From positions 122,778 to 186,777 of the forward strand of contig CAYNXC010000001.1 of assembly GCA_964401135.1 (NCBI GenBank): 64,000 nt of DNA, written 5' to 3'. The position numbers and the translations under genes are program-made. Below the pieces are notes generated by a model. The model was not told the origin of the DNA. It saw nothing but the letters and a program-made list of their open reading frames with translations, and searched no databases. The stretch comes from an uncultured Candidatus Saccharibacteria bacterium. GTDB lineage: Bacteria; Patescibacteriota; Minisyncoccia; Phycocordibacterales; UBA9988. Positions 8,534 through 19,253 of the stretch are shown in pieces. Positions within the stretch are counted from its first letter, which is position 1. Every line of letters starts with the position of its first letter.

Positions 8534-10317
8534 CGCTCACCATTCTTCACCATTTGTAAGAAGACCTCATTGGGGATGGATACCTTCCCCAATTTTTGCA
8601 TTTTCTTCTTCCCCTTCTTCTGCTTCTCACGCAGCTTCATCTTGCGGGTAATGTCTCCGCCATAGAGGTAGTCAGTCACATCCTTACGCAAGGCCGCAAT
8701 GCGCTCTGCCGCAAGGATGCGCCCGAGCGAGCGTGCTTGGAGCTTAATCACGATGAGCTGTGGTGGAAGCAGTTCTTTAAGACGCGAGACTGCTCGCTCC
8801 GCCTCATCTTGCACCCGCCGTCGTGACACGACGCGTGAGAATGCTGGCACTACTTCCTCTGCGACAAGGATGTCTAAGCGAACAACATCCGCTCTCCGCT
8901 CATCTGCGTACTCATACGAGAGCGAGGCGTAGCCGCTCGTCACGCTCTTGAGTGCATCAAAAAAATTCCGCATCAATTCTCGTAGTGGTAAGAGCGCCGA
9001 GAGCGAAACACGCGTATCGCCAAAACCTTCTGTATCCCATACTTCCGCCTCATGTTCATAGAGGAGCGTCACTAAAGAGCCGAGATATTCTGGTGGGCTG
9101 ATAATGCGCACCTTGACCCATGTCTCGCGTACTTCCACTACATCCTTATCTTCGGGAAAGCGTGCTGGAGAGTACACTGTCTCGGTATGCCCATCTCTCC
9201 ACACAATCTTGTAGCTGATGGTAGGAGTAGCCACAATGAGCGAGAGTGAGAACTCACGCCGCAATCGCTCGGTAATAATCTCCAAGTGGAGCATTCCTAA
9301 AAATCCGCAACGGAACCCGCGCCCTAGTGTCCCCGACGATTCTTCCTCAAAGGTAAGCGCCGCATCAGAGAGGTGCAGACGCGAGAGCGCCTGTCTTAAT
9401 AGAGTAAAATCATCTTGACTCTCAGGGTAGATGCTCGCCCATACCACAGGCTTTGGCTCTCGGTAGCCAGAGAGTGCGGGGAGCGGATGCTTTTCTCTCG
9501 TCACGGTGTCTCCCACGCGTGCCTCCCCCGCTTGTTTAATACCAGTCACAATGTAGCCAATAGAGCCGGCTCCGAGCTCTTTGACTTCTTTTTGATCGGG
9601 GGTAAAGACTCCCACTTCAAGCGCTTGGAAGCGTTCCTTCGTCGCGGTAAGCATAAGGCTGTCCCCTCGTGTAAGTGAGCCATCAAGTACTCGCACATAG
9701 ATCACCACACCGCGATGGAGTGAATATTCAAAATCAAACACGAGTGCACGCAGGGCGCTCGTCTCGGTATAAATTTCTTGTGGTGGCGGGATTTGTGTGA
9801 TAATTGCGTCCAATAGTTCACTTACCCCAGCACCTGTCTTCCCCGACACTTCAAAGATTGTATCCTCAGAGATGTGCAAGAGTGCGGCCACCTCCTCCTT
9901 CACCTCCATGGTACGCGCGATGGGGAGATCGATTTTATTCACTACGGGAATAATGGTAAGCCCCAACTCCTCTGCTTGGTGAAGCACAGTAAAAGTCTGC
10001 GCCTGCACCCCCTGCGCTGCGTCAACCACAAGCACCACTCCCTCAACAGCAGTGAGGGCGCGTGACACTTCATAAGAAAAATCAATATGTCCAGGAGTGT
10101 CAATGAGATTAAAGATATGGCCACGATACTGCATCCGCACCGGCTGCATCTTGATAGTGATACCCCGTTCTTGCTCCAGCTCCATACGATCCAAGACTTG
10201 ATCGTGCATCTTACGCTTCTCTACCGTGGCGGTGAGCTCAAGCATCCTATCGGCGAGGGTGGATTTGCCATGGTCAATATGGGCTATAATGCTGAAATTG
10301 CGTATCTGTGACAACAT
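8530..10317 (-). CDS. lepA: elongation factor 4
   Basis: IRNFSIIAHIDHGKSTLADR, GFRCGFLGMLH and YGGDITRKMKL. Confidence 0.97.
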   Translation of the reverse strand: MLSQIRNFSIIAHIDHGKSTLADRMLELTATVEKRKMHDQVLDRMELEQERGITIKMQPVRMQYRGHIFNLIDTPGHIDFSYEVSRALTAVEGVVLVVDAAQGVQAQTFTVLHQAEELGLTIIPVVNKIDLPIARTMEVKEEVAALLHISEDTIFEVSGKTGAGVSELLDAIITQIPPPQEIYTETSALRALVFDFEYSLHRGVVIYVRVLDGSLTRGDSLMLTATKERFQALEVGVFTPDQKEVKELGAGSIGYIVTGIKQAGEARVGDTVTREKHPLPALSGYREPKPVVWASIYPESQDDFTLLRQALSRLHLSDAALTFEEESSGTLGRGFRCGFLGMLHLEIITERLRREFSLSLIVATPTISYKIVWRDGHTETVYSPARFPEDKDVVEVRETWVKVRIISPPEYLGSLVTLLYEHEAEVWDTEGFGDTRVSLSALLPLRELMRNFFDALKSVTSGYASLSYEYADERRADVVRLDILVAEEVVPAFSRVVSRRRVQDEAERAVSRLKELLPPQLIVIKLQARSLGRILAAERIAALRKDVTDYLYGGDITRKMKLREKQKKGKKKMQKLGKVSIPNEVFLQMVKNGER

Positions 10318-10329
10318 CCGTGTAGTCTA

Positions 10330-12015
10330 CTATAAACCTTCCGGTTCTGGGAGTACAAGCTTGCGACGACCTATTTTTTTTTGGAGCGCCGAGGCAAGTT
10401 CTGTAAGCTCGCGATTATCAAAGATGATAAGCAGGAGGATTCCAGCGGCAATACCAAGCCCTCCTGCAATGCATCCTTGGAGTGCAATACCGACAAAAGT
10501 TTGTGTATCAAAAAACCCTTGTACTGCGATGAGTGCGTAGTACACACTCGTACCGACAAGGATAGCGGTTGCAAGCGATTGATATACAGTATCATAGATC
10601 GTTGAGAAAAACTTCCCATGATCGCGCTCAAAGAGTACCCATATGATGACCACATTGATCATAAGTCCAAAGGCAAACGCGAGCGGGAGCATGAGTGCTG
10701 AGGTTCCAGGGAGACCCTCAACACGCAAGAGCCGTTCAAGTACACGCGCAAAGAAGGGTGTGTGATTAAAGATCCATGTAAGAAGTGGTGCCAGTATAAT
10801 GACACCCAGTGATGAGAGCGTGTTCACCACGAGAGGTACACGAGTCTTCCCGCAGGCATAGTACCCGCGGACAAAGAGGAGTACCAAGTTTTGTGCTATC
10901 AAGGAGATTACAAAAATAGCAAAGGCGGCGGCGGTCAGTCGAGTGGCTACCCAATCAAATGATCCAGTCCCTAAAATAATACGCACAATGTGTGCGCGGA
11001 GCACTATGGCGAGCGCAGATAGCGGGAGGGACCAAAAAATAAGGTGCCGTGCCGCTTCTCGGATATAGCCAACAAATTGTTCTCGCTCCCCTTTTGTGTG
11101 CAGAAGGGAGAGTGTGGGAAAAGCCGCCACTGAGTAACTGACTCCAAGAAGTGCAAGAGGGACTGATTGCAGGTTCCACGCAAAGGTGAATATCGCAATA
11201 GATCCCACTTCAAGAAATGAGGCAAGAGCGAAGAGACCCGTAAGTGAGAGCTGATGCGCCGCAAGAGTAATCGTCCGTGGAATAGAGACCGCAATCAGAT
11301 GCCGAAGCTCGTGCCATTCTGCGCCATGCGGAAGCTGTGGAATAAAGCGATACCCCGCCATGCGTAAGGCAGGAAATTGTATGAGGAGATGCAAGAGTGC
11401 GCCAAGTGCAACGCCAAAGGCAAGTCCAAGGAGGCCCAAGGATGGAAAGAGAAGCAGTAGGCCGAGTATGATGCCGAGGTTATAGAGTATGGGAGCCAGC
11501 GCGTAGAGTACAAAACGTTTTTCCATCTGTGTTACACTGCCGAAGACCCCAGAAAGACCGAGGAAAAAAGGAGAGAGGAGCATAATCCGTGCGAGAAGTG
11601 TCAACTCCTTCAATGCCAGCACATCAAAACCAGGAGCAATGATTGCAGCAAGTACGGGCATGATGAACGCAAGAAGAAGGGATATGAGCAGCATGAGCAC
11701 CGCAAAGACGGTACCGACACGAGAGATAAAATGTCCCTCAGCTGCACGGGTACCCCCTTCACGATACTGGGCCAATACGGGGATGAGTACGGTCACCGAT
11801 ACAAAAGAAGCAACAGTGACATAAAGGAGGTCAGGAATACGAAATGCCGCATAGTAAATATCTAGTTCACGCCCCGCCCCAAAACTTCCCGCAAGAAGTC
11901 TATCTCGTAAGAGCCCTAGACACTGCGATAGGAGAGAGCTCACAGCAAGGAGAAAAGCGGCCTGATGCAAGCCGCTCCACTCTCGCTGTAACAGTCGGAA
12001 GAATGTGCTAACCAC
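10330..12015 (-). CDS. murJ: lipid II flippase MurJ/MviN
   Basis: LGLLRDRLLA, AAFRIPD, many TMs and RGYYA. Confidence 0.9.
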   Translation of the reverse strand: MVSTFFRLLQREWSGLHQAAFLLAVSSLLSQCLGLLRDRLLAGSFGAGRELDIYYAAFRIPDLLYVTVASFVSVTVLIPVLAQYREGGTRAAEGHFISRVGTVFAVLMLLISLLLAFIMPVLAAIIAPGFDVLALKELTLLARIMLLSPFFLGLSGVFGSVTQMEKRFVLYALAPILYNLGIILGLLLLFPSLGLLGLAFGVALGALLHLLIQFPALRMAGYRFIPQLPHGAEWHELRHLIAVSIPRTITLAAHQLSLTGLFALASFLEVGSIAIFTFAWNLQSVPLALLGVSYSVAAFPTLSLLHTKGEREQFVGYIREAARHLIFWSLPLSALAIVLRAHIVRIILGTGSFDWVATRLTAAAFAIFVISLIAQNLVLLFVRGYYACGKTRVPLVVNTLSSLGVIILAPLLTWIFNHTPFFARVLERLLRVEGLPGTSALMLPLAFAFGLMINVVIIWVLFERDHGKFFSTIYDTVYQSLATAILVGTSVYYALIAVQGFFDTQTFVGIALQGCIAGGLGIAAGILLLIIFDNRELTELASALQKKIGRRKLVLPEPEGL

Positions 12016-12017
12016 AA

Positions 12018-14441
12018 TTATTCATCCTCGGCTGCAGCCTTCCCGCCACGGAGTCCAGCGAGAGCGGGAAGCCCAGCCTTAAGATTTGCAAGAATCTTCT
12101 TCACTTCCTCATTGCCAGGATTTAGTTGGCTGATTTCAGTAAACTCCTGAATTGCTCTCTTATTTTCACCAAGCTCGTCATAAGTGAGCGCTAAGAAGTA
12201 CTTTGCATTTGAATAGTTTGGAGAGAGTGCGCGAGCGCGCTCCAGAATGATCCGTGCCTCATCGTAGCTCTTACTCTGGAACTTAAGGTAGCCCGCTTGG
12301 AAGAGTACTCCGAGATCATTTGGGGCGTAGGCAAGAGCGCGTTCTGCGATGACCGCCGCATTTTGAATATTGCCACGACTTGCTTCAATCTGTGAGTAAA
12401 AGAGTATTGCTTCAGGATAATCAGCCTTTTTAGTAATCGCCGCTTCAAGACTCTGCTGCGCCTTAGTAGCCTCACCAAGGGATGCGTACATTCGCGCATT
12501 TAAGTACGGGATGAGCGGACTCTCTGGATTCACAGTTGCCGCTTCTGCGTAGCGCTTAACCGCTTCATCCTTCGCTCCTGTCACCTTGAAGACAGAGAGT
12601 ACTTCGTACACACTCGCAAGACTTGCCACATTCTGATAGAAGTGTGGACGAATCTGGTATGCAGTGAGTGCGTTACGCGTTGCATTATCAACCTGTTGGA
12701 GGAATTGTGCTTGGAGCGCCTGCGCGGGGATATCTGTTTGACTCACGATACGGTTCATCCGGAGAATATTGAGGTTAGTGAGCGCTCTAGCATACTGATC
12801 GCGCACACCGAGACCTGCCGCACGCACGATGTAGGCCTCCGCGGCATTCAAATCGCCGTCTACATTTGCGCGAGCAAGTCCTCTAAAAAAGAGTGTTGTA
12901 GCCCACGATCTCCCCAAAAGTAGGTAGCCACCGCCAACAGAGGTAACGATGAGCGCAATGATGACCAGAGTGCTGATGAAGGTAGCACGAGCAGACTCGC
13001 CATAATCCAAAGAGAGTTCTTGTAGTGCGCCGGAGCGCACAGAAAGTGCGATCATGGTCCCCAATGAGAGTACTGCGAGCATAAGCAGGGTAATGTTCGG
13101 TGTGTAGATGAGTGAAAAGATCCACAGATAGAGTGTCACGAAGAAAGAGATGGCCGCGAGTGGATTAGTCATCTTGTCTCGCAAGACATTACTCATAGTA
13201 CGCCAGCCTTCAATGAGAATTGCTGCAACAAAGATGAGCATACTGATGAGTCCGACAACTCCAGTCGTCACCGCAAAGCTGGGTAGGTAGCCCACTCCGT
13301 CGTCAAAATCAGTGTTCCACGCAAGAGAAGAATTGAAAGAAGCAGGCTTAAACAATGCCCAGGCACTGTCAAAATTATTTGGACCAACACCGAAAATAGG
13401 CTTCTTCCCCAAGACTCGTCCAGTCACCTCAAGCGTGTCAGAGAATCCCGGTCGAGGCTCAAGAGAGAGTACTTGCGGTACGCCCATATAATTATTGATA
13501 CGGGTTACAATCTCACCAATGAAGCCTCTCTGATTGCCACCGAGAACAAAGAGTACCGCGATGACCGCTACAAGTAAGGAGGGGCGAAATACACTCTGAC
13601 TGCCTGAAAAGCGCTCGGCGGTCCTGTCCGCAGTCAATGCATACACATAGATCATAATTGACGAGAGTGCCAGCACGATCCACACAGGATAGAAGTTGAT
13701 GAAGGTGAGTCCAAATATAGAGAAACCAAAGAGCGTGTAGATGCCAGCGCGAGGCAGAAATGGAGATCTAAAGTCTCGCAAAAGATCTAGCATCACAATA
13801 ATACCCAGCACAGTAAGCCCAAAGAAGATGCCGAGTTCATTCCACTTCCCTACCAAGCTTACTGGGAGTGCTTGGTACCATTCGTACTTAATAAGCCAGC
13901 GGGCAGGGAGGATGCGGAAGAGTGTGTAGAGTGTGATGATTGCTGATGAGGCAAAAATAGAGAGGTACATGAGGAACACGCGCTTACGATCGGACATGAG
14001 CGTCCCAGAAAGAAAGAGAAGTATAGTGAAGATTGCGAGCCAGAGTGGTGTGCCCAGTTCGTACCCAAGGCCAATAAGGCTGTGTGCGCGGATCGCTGTC
14101 CATAAGCCCGGCACGCAAGACCCTCCTGCCCTACAAAAGAGACTCTGTGTTGACTCAACAAAAAGAGAAGAGAGGACCCCTGCAAGTGTTAGACCCCCCA
14201 GACCTAAGAACACATAGCTCTTGGGGATGGATACACTTGATTTACTCAGCCGTGATACAAGCCAAAAGATGAGCGCGATAAAAATCGCGATACCGACAAA
14301 AAATCGTTTAACAACCTCAAATGGGAGTACGCTCCCGGGGATGAATAATATTGGTGTGATAAATGCGAGTAACAGAAGGACGCTTGCCGCGGAGCCCTCT
14401 GAAGAACGGGCGGAGAGCCGCTCGTGTTCTTGTGAGTCCAT
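12018..14441 (-). CDS. polytopic membrane protein with O-antigen-ligase-like region and C-terminal TPRs
   Basis: Many TMs, KPIFGVGPNNF motif and C-terminal TPR-like repeats (ARALSPNYSNAKYFLAL). Confidence 0.75.
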   Translation of the reverse strand: MDSQEHERLSARSSEGSAASVLLLLAFITPILFIPGSVLPFEVVKRFFVGIAIFIALIFWLVSRLSKSSVSIPKSYVFLGLGGLTLAGVLSSLFVESTQSLFCRAGGSCVPGLWTAIRAHSLIGLGYELGTPLWLAIFTILLFLSGTLMSDRKRVFLMYLSIFASSAIITLYTLFRILPARWLIKYEWYQALPVSLVGKWNELGIFFGLTVLGIIVMLDLLRDFRSPFLPRAGIYTLFGFSIFGLTFINFYPVWIVLALSSIMIYVYALTADRTAERFSGSQSVFRPSLLVAVIAVLFVLGGNQRGFIGEIVTRINNYMGVPQVLSLEPRPGFSDTLEVTGRVLGKKPIFGVGPNNFDSAWALFKPASFNSSLAWNTDFDDGVGYLPSFAVTTGVVGLISMLIFVAAILIEGWRTMSNVLRDKMTNPLAAISFFVTLYLWIFSLIYTPNITLLMLAVLSLGTMIALSVRSGALQELSLDYGESARATFISTLVIIALIVTSVGGGYLLLGRSWATTLFFRGLARANVDGDLNAAEAYIVRAAGLGVRDQYARALTNLNILRMNRIVSQTDIPAQALQAQFLQQVDNATRNALTAYQIRPHFYQNVASLASVYEVLSVFKVTGAKDEAVKRYAEAATVNPESPLIPYLNARMYASLGEATKAQQSLEAAITKKADYPEAILFYSQIEASRGNIQNAAVIAERALAYAPNDLGVLFQAGYLKFQSKSYDEARIILERARALSPNYSNAKYFLALTYDELGENKRAIQEFTEISQLNPGNEEVKKILANLKAGLPALAGLRGGKAAAEDE

Positions 14442-14487
14442 ATGCTTTTTATTTTATGCTTGGCTGGTATAATAGTCAAACTCTTTT

Positions 14488-14712
14488 ATGCACACACGGA
14501 AGCCAAAAAAAGGTGTTACCGTCTCGGCCGCAAGCGAGATTCTCGGGGTCTCTCCCGCAACACTCCGCAATTGGGACCGTTCTGGTAAATTGCGTGCGGA
14601 GCGAGACAGAGACAATGGATACCGGCACTACGCTGTGGGTGATCTGGAACGCTTTGCGGACCAACACGGTCTCCATAAGAGATATCCACGAACATTCAAG
14701 TTATCTACGTAA
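14488..14712 (+). CDS. MerR-family helix-turn-helix protein
   Basis: TVSAASEILGVSPATLRNWDRSGKL and NGYRHY. TGGTATAAT lies upstream. Confidence 0.85.
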   Translation: MHTRKPKKGVTVSAASEILGVSPATLRNWDRSGKLRAERDRDNGYRHYAVGDLERFADQHGLHKRYPRTFKLST

Positions 14713-14713
14713 A

Positions 14714-14747
14714 AACAAAGAACCCGCCGGTAGGCGAGTTCTTTGTT
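14714..14747. terminator. bidirectional intrinsic terminator
   Basis: aacaaagaacccgcc-ggta-ggcgagttctttgtt between the convergent MerR gene and rnpB. Confidence 0.7.
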
Positions 14748-14754
14748 GTATACA

Positions 14755-15070
14755 TCCTGTACCGATAAGCCGAATTCTGTTCTCCGCTAGAGGCGGAGCA
14801 GTAGTTATGTATCTAGGTCCGCCGTCGCCGACAGACTCAAGCGACTCTTCCCAACACAAAGTCGGGACACGGTCTTGCACTCAAGGATAAGGATTTAGCC
14901 GTTTCAGCCGGACTGAACCGGGTCGTTTCTGTTCGCACCTCGCGCGTTACCGCGGGCGGGAGTTACCCGCTACCCTTCCACTGCACGCCGTAAAGGCGGC
15001 GTCAGGGCACGTGTTCGGACTTTCCTCCCCGACCTCTATTAGAGGGCCGGAGCAACTACTTGGTACAGGA
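14755..15070 (-). ncRNA. rnpB: RNase P RNA
   Basis: Reverse complement has GAGGAAAGTCCG near the 5' end and ACAGAATTCGGCTTA near the 3' end. The termini TCCTGTACC and GGTACAGGA pair as P1. Confidence 0.93.
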
Positions 15071-15108
15071 CTTCTAATATTATACCATTTTTGCCGTCAA
15101 AAGGCACT

Positions 15109-17463
15109 TTACGCCTTCTTCTCCTGCGCCTCGTTTGTGAGAATATCTATCTCGCAGGTACCGCCAGCACAGGCAAGTTCTCGTTTATTTTCTGTTCCAT
15201 CCTCGCGCTCGTAGGTCACGATTTTGGAAAAATCGACATGGGCGAAGCGCTCGATGAGTTCGTTATACTGTCGTTCATCTATCTCTTCGTATGGTGCCAA
15301 TTTGTACACATGGTTCGACCGAGGGAGGAAGGAGAGTCCACCAATGATGTTCCAGTTCTCATAAACCCAATTACCAGTCTTGAGCCACTCATCATCCCCC
15401 ACTGAGATGGTCACTGATGGATTATGCTCGGTATAGTTTACTTTCACATTCTTCCAATACTCAAGAAGCTCAAGAGCAGAGACATTATCACGGAAGATTG
15501 CTCCTGTGGGTGCTTTTACAGGAAAGTCAATCACAAAGGTCGTTGCTGTCTCCAGATTCTGCCCCACTTCCGGATGGTACGGGACACCCTGATCACGGAG
15601 CATCTGGAAGAGCGCATCGGTAGATGCGATGCGCACACGGCGGATATAGTATTGCGCGTGCCGTGGGTGCATCCCTGAGGCACAATCTACCATCTGAGAG
15701 AGTGTTCCAGATGGCTTGGTACAAGTGATACAGGTAGAGGGAGTGACCCCAAAGCGCTTCGCGTATTCACGGTTGTATACCACTGCCGCGTCACGGAGTT
15801 TCCTAAGAGTCTCGGGCCTACGCACGGAAGGAGAATCCCATTGGCCAGTGATTGAGACACCGAGGAGCCGTTCACTTTCACAGTGCTCCTTCCATTCTTT
15901 AGAGAGATAAGGGAAATTGGTGAGTGTAGACTGGTAAGTACCGAGGATAGTGGCAACCTTCATCTTACGCATAAGAGACGCGGGAGTATCCTCCGCCCGC
16001 GCTACAATCTCCGAGAGGTTACAGAATTGTTTTGGCTGGAGAATAATCTCACCACATGGGTTGGTGCCAAGGGTACTGACACTGTCTCCCAACGCTTTAA
16101 TTCGACGCTCTGGCAATGTCTCACGCAGTCCACCACGATTAAAGATGCCACGCTCGCCCGAGTGGCTCTCCATCAGCGCGAGCCACTCGCGCATAAACTC
16201 CTCCGTGCTCGGCTTCTCATCGTAAACCGCAGAATTGTTTGCGAGACTACGCTGGGGCTCTGTCATATAGAACTGACCCCTCTTAGCATCGCGCATCTCT
16301 ACATCATCCAGATCAGAAAGTGAGATAAGTGCAGAACGGCGCACGCCTCCCGCAACTACAATCTCACCAATCTTACATATAATGTCGTGTGCATCTAAGT
16401 TAGTGAGCCGCCTCCCCTGCCGCTTTAGTACGGTGGCGCGGGTGAAGTTGAGTAGATCGCGCAGTGGATCAGGGCCCGATGACTTGCCACCCATCGTCTT
16501 CAGTCGCGCACCAGCAGCGCGCAGTCTACCATAATCAAATTGGATATCGTCCCCTGCGTACCATGTCTTGAGGCCAAGAGTAAGTGCATTACACCAGCCC
16601 TCCTTACTATCATCAATAGTGTGGACTGGTCGCATTTTGCCACTCTGGCGCTTAATGACAGGAAGCTGTTGCACATACTGGCTCTCTACCGAGAAACCCG
16701 CACCCGTCCCGCACATAGAGATGTACATAATTTCTGCAAAATCTTCTAGTCTGGTTGGCGCCGTGAAGGAACAGTTGTAGGCACAGACATTGGTAGCACG
16801 AGCCGCCTTCCCTGCAAATTGGAGAAGCCGCATAGATGGCATGGCCTCGTGTGAGAGGATTGCTTGGCGCACCTCTGCGTACTCTTTATCGGAAAGACGC
16901 TTCCCCAAGTTCTCACGCATAAAGTTCACATAACGATCGACGGTCTCCACCCAAGTCTCACGGCGCCCCTCATCATCTATCCAACGGGAGTAGGTGCGGT
17001 AGTAGATAAACTCACCGAGCGAATTCTTGAAATACTTCTTGCTCTCATTAACCAGATCACGAACTTTCTCGGGGATCTCCCCTTTCTCACGACGCACCTC
17101 AGAACGGCGCTCACGGTAGAGGATGTAGGCCTTTGCTGTTGCCACATAGTCGTGGAGCATCAGCTCCCGCTCTACGAGGTCCTGCGCCTCTTCGACGCTC
17201 GGAATATAGCCTTTTTCATCTCTGTGCGCGGTAGCGAGTCCAAGTGCGACAGCGTGCGCTACTTGCTTGGGCGCCCCCTCTACAGACTCGCCTGCCGCGC
17301 GCATCGCCTTGCCAATGGCGGCCTCGATGCGTGTAACATCAAAATCAACAATCGTGCCATTGCGCTTTCTCACCTGTTTCGGAGATGCTATCTTCTTTTC
17401 TTTTTTTACAGTTTTTACAGTCTTTGCGACTATTTTGGCAACTTTTTTGCTGATTTTTGTCAT
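15109..17463 (-). CDS. nrdJ: class II (adenosylcobalamin-dependent) ribonucleotide reductase with N-terminal ATP cone
   Basis: ATP cone (VRKRNGTIVDFD), RTYSR, AYNC, GGVRRSA, TNPCGEI, KPSGT and C-terminal CAGGTCEI. Confidence 0.92.
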   Translation of the reverse strand: MTKISKKVAKIVAKTVKTVKKEKKIASPKQVRKRNGTIVDFDVTRIEAAIGKAMRAAGESVEGAPKQVAHAVALGLATAHRDEKGYIPSVEEAQDLVERELMLHDYVATAKAYILYRERRSEVRREKGEIPEKVRDLVNESKKYFKNSLGEFIYYRTYSRWIDDEGRRETWVETVDRYVNFMRENLGKRLSDKEYAEVRQAILSHEAMPSMRLLQFAGKAARATNVCAYNCSFTAPTRLEDFAEIMYISMCGTGAGFSVESQYVQQLPVIKRQSGKMRPVHTIDDSKEGWCNALTLGLKTWYAGDDIQFDYGRLRAAGARLKTMGGKSSGPDPLRDLLNFTRATVLKRQGRRLTNLDAHDIICKIGEIVVAGGVRRSALISLSDLDDVEMRDAKRGQFYMTEPQRSLANNSAVYDEKPSTEEFMREWLALMESHSGERGIFNRGGLRETLPERRIKALGDSVSTLGTNPCGEIILQPKQFCNLSEIVARAEDTPASLMRKMKVATILGTYQSTLTNFPYLSKEWKEHCESERLLGVSITGQWDSPSVRRPETLRKLRDAAVVYNREYAKRFGVTPSTCITCTKPSGTLSQMVDCASGMHPRHAQYYIRRVRIASTDALFQMLRDQGVPYHPEVGQNLETATTFVIDFPVKAPTGAIFRDNVSALELLEYWKNVKVNYTEHNPSVTISVGDDEWLKTGNWVYENWNIIGGLSFLPRSNHVYKLAPYEEIDERQYNELIERFAHVDFSKIVTYEREDGTENKRELACAGGTCEIDILTNEAQEKKA

Positions 17464-17654
17464 AATGCACAAAAAAATGAGTGATAATGTTTATCTATTG
17501 TATCTGAGATGCGTGTATCGCAAAGCTCATCAAGCTGTGTATAAGAATAACGAACCGTGGCTCAACAGATAACTCCGTCACATTTCTCTGTGACTCAGCA
17601 CTCGTCGTGAAGAGATGATCTCAAGAATCGCCCCTCGTCTATATGCAATCAGTC

Positions 17655-19160
17655 CTATACATCTATATCCGATCCAAGTGTACGGACGACAACTGTTTGT
17701 GTGGATTGTGCTGTCTTCCCTGCTGTATCTGTAACAGTTATCTTCACCGTATAAGTCCCCGCAGTAGTGTAGGTATGCGTAAAGCTCGTCTGTTGAGACA
17801 CCGTTGCTCCTGAAGATGTACCCACCGCAGTGCGGACGTCTGCAACAGTCTCGTCACCCCAGAGAATAGAGTAACTTAACCATTCTCCATCCGGATCATA
17901 GGCACGGATCTTCCAAGTTCCTGTCTTCCCTACCTCAAGACTGGTGGGGCCAGATACGGAAGTAATGGACGGCGCCCGATTGGTAGCGGTAGGTGCAGTA
18001 ATAGTGAAAGTGTTATCACTATGGTCACAATGGGCGCGCCCTGCACTACAAATGCGCAAGAAGTAGTTTCCGCTTACTAATCTATGCTGTCTGATTGTCC
18101 CTCCTCCTTCGTCCGTACCGTACTGAGCGCCAATGCGCCAACTATACGAATTTGTGCCCTCACGAGAATTTAGTCGTGCAATCTGTAATGGCTCAGCAGG
18201 CACCGTGATACAGGCCATTTCGCCTAAACAGGGTGATTCCTCCATATATATCCATACCGTTACCTGCCCTTCTTGTGACGAATTCCACGATATCGTCCTC
18301 GTCTCTCCGATACCCCACGACTCTCCTCCGTTTGGAGAGATGACAGTTATTTTTTGTCCAGTTCCATCTTTTTTTACTTCTATCCTGCGTGTGATAGTAC
18401 GAGTCTCCCCGCCAGAAATTAAGCGGAATGTGACAGTATAGGTCCCTGCTGTCGCATAACTGTGTGTAAAGGTGGTGGTATTGGTAGACCGCTTCTCTGC
18501 GGCACTCGCAGTAGTACCGGTGGTAGGAGCTGGCTCGTCTCCCCATGTCACCGCAATGGTGTAGTCACTACTGCTTGCGGTGGTGATGCCCAACTTCCAT
18601 GTCCCTGTCTCATTTACCTTAAGTGTGCTCGGGGCAGAGATAATGCGTAGCGATACCGTCTGCGATGGAGGGATGGTTATCACACAACCAAAGAGTGCAT
18701 TCAATTTTGCTCGCGTAGAGACTCCCACATACCCTGTCCCTCGTACAAGACCATATGGGGCGAGGACTTCAGAACGATACTGCTCTTGAAAGCCCACCAC
18801 TGCCGCGGCAGTCTGCTCATCAAACTCGTCATTCACAAAAGGTCCGTAACCTGCTTGCGTGAGCACCTGATGGAGTACACGCACGCGCTCTCCTCTATCT
18901 CCCACTCGGAGATTTGCTTTAAGTTCGGTGCACTGCTTCTTCACTGGGCTATCCTCCCATGCCTTACAAGAAGGTGGTACCGTCAAGTTAAACTGCGGAT
19001 ATACTTTTGTTAAGCGGATAATCGTCTTACATGCCGAAGAGATATCATCCTCCCTCGTATCATTGTTACTTGCACGCACCGGACTCTCTGCACGCACTGA
19101 GAGTGGCGCAACAGCAAGGAGCAGGAGTACTGCGCTTGCCACAATCATTATTCTATTCAT
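17655..19160 (-). CDS. secreted peptidoglycan-binding and PKD/Ig-domain surface protein
   Basis: Signal peptide, PG-binding-1 motif (LRVGDRGERVRVLHQVL...TGYVGVSTRAKLN), two WGDE...FTHxYxxAGTY PKD repeats and ITVISPNGGESW. Confidence 0.85.
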   Translation of the reverse strand: MNRIMIVASAVLLLLAVAPLSVRAESPVRASNNDTREDDISSACKTIIRLTKVYPQFNLTVPPSCKAWEDSPVKKQCTELKANLRVGDRGERVRVLHQVLTQAGYGPFVNDEFDEQTAAAVVGFQEQYRSEVLAPYGLVRGTGYVGVSTRAKLNALFGCVITIPPSQTVSLRIISAPSTLKVNETGTWKLGITTASSSDYTIAVTWGDEPAPTTGTTASAAEKRSTNTTTFTHSYATAGTYTVTFRLISGGETRTITRRIEVKKDGTGQKITVISPNGGESWGIGETRTISWNSSQEGQVTVWIYMEESPCLGEMACITVPAEPLQIARLNSREGTNSYSWRIGAQYGTDEGGGTIRQHRLVSGNYFLRICSAGRAHCDHSDNTFTITAPTATNRAPSITSVSGPTSLEVGKTGTWKIRAYDPDGEWLSYSILWGDETVADVRTAVGTSSGATVSQQTSFTHTYTTAGTYTVKITVTDTAGKTAQSTQTVVVRTLGSDIDV

Positions 19161-19253
19161 ACTTATTATAGTGTTATGTGCTAATAATAATGGCAGCACA
19201 GTGCCCTACTTCTAGGGTACCAATTTTCTCAATTTTTGCTAGAATGGCCGCGC

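Noticed and set aside
14363-15214. ORFs overlapping 14755-15070
   Set aside because: The region is explained by RNase P RNA and the MerR gene.
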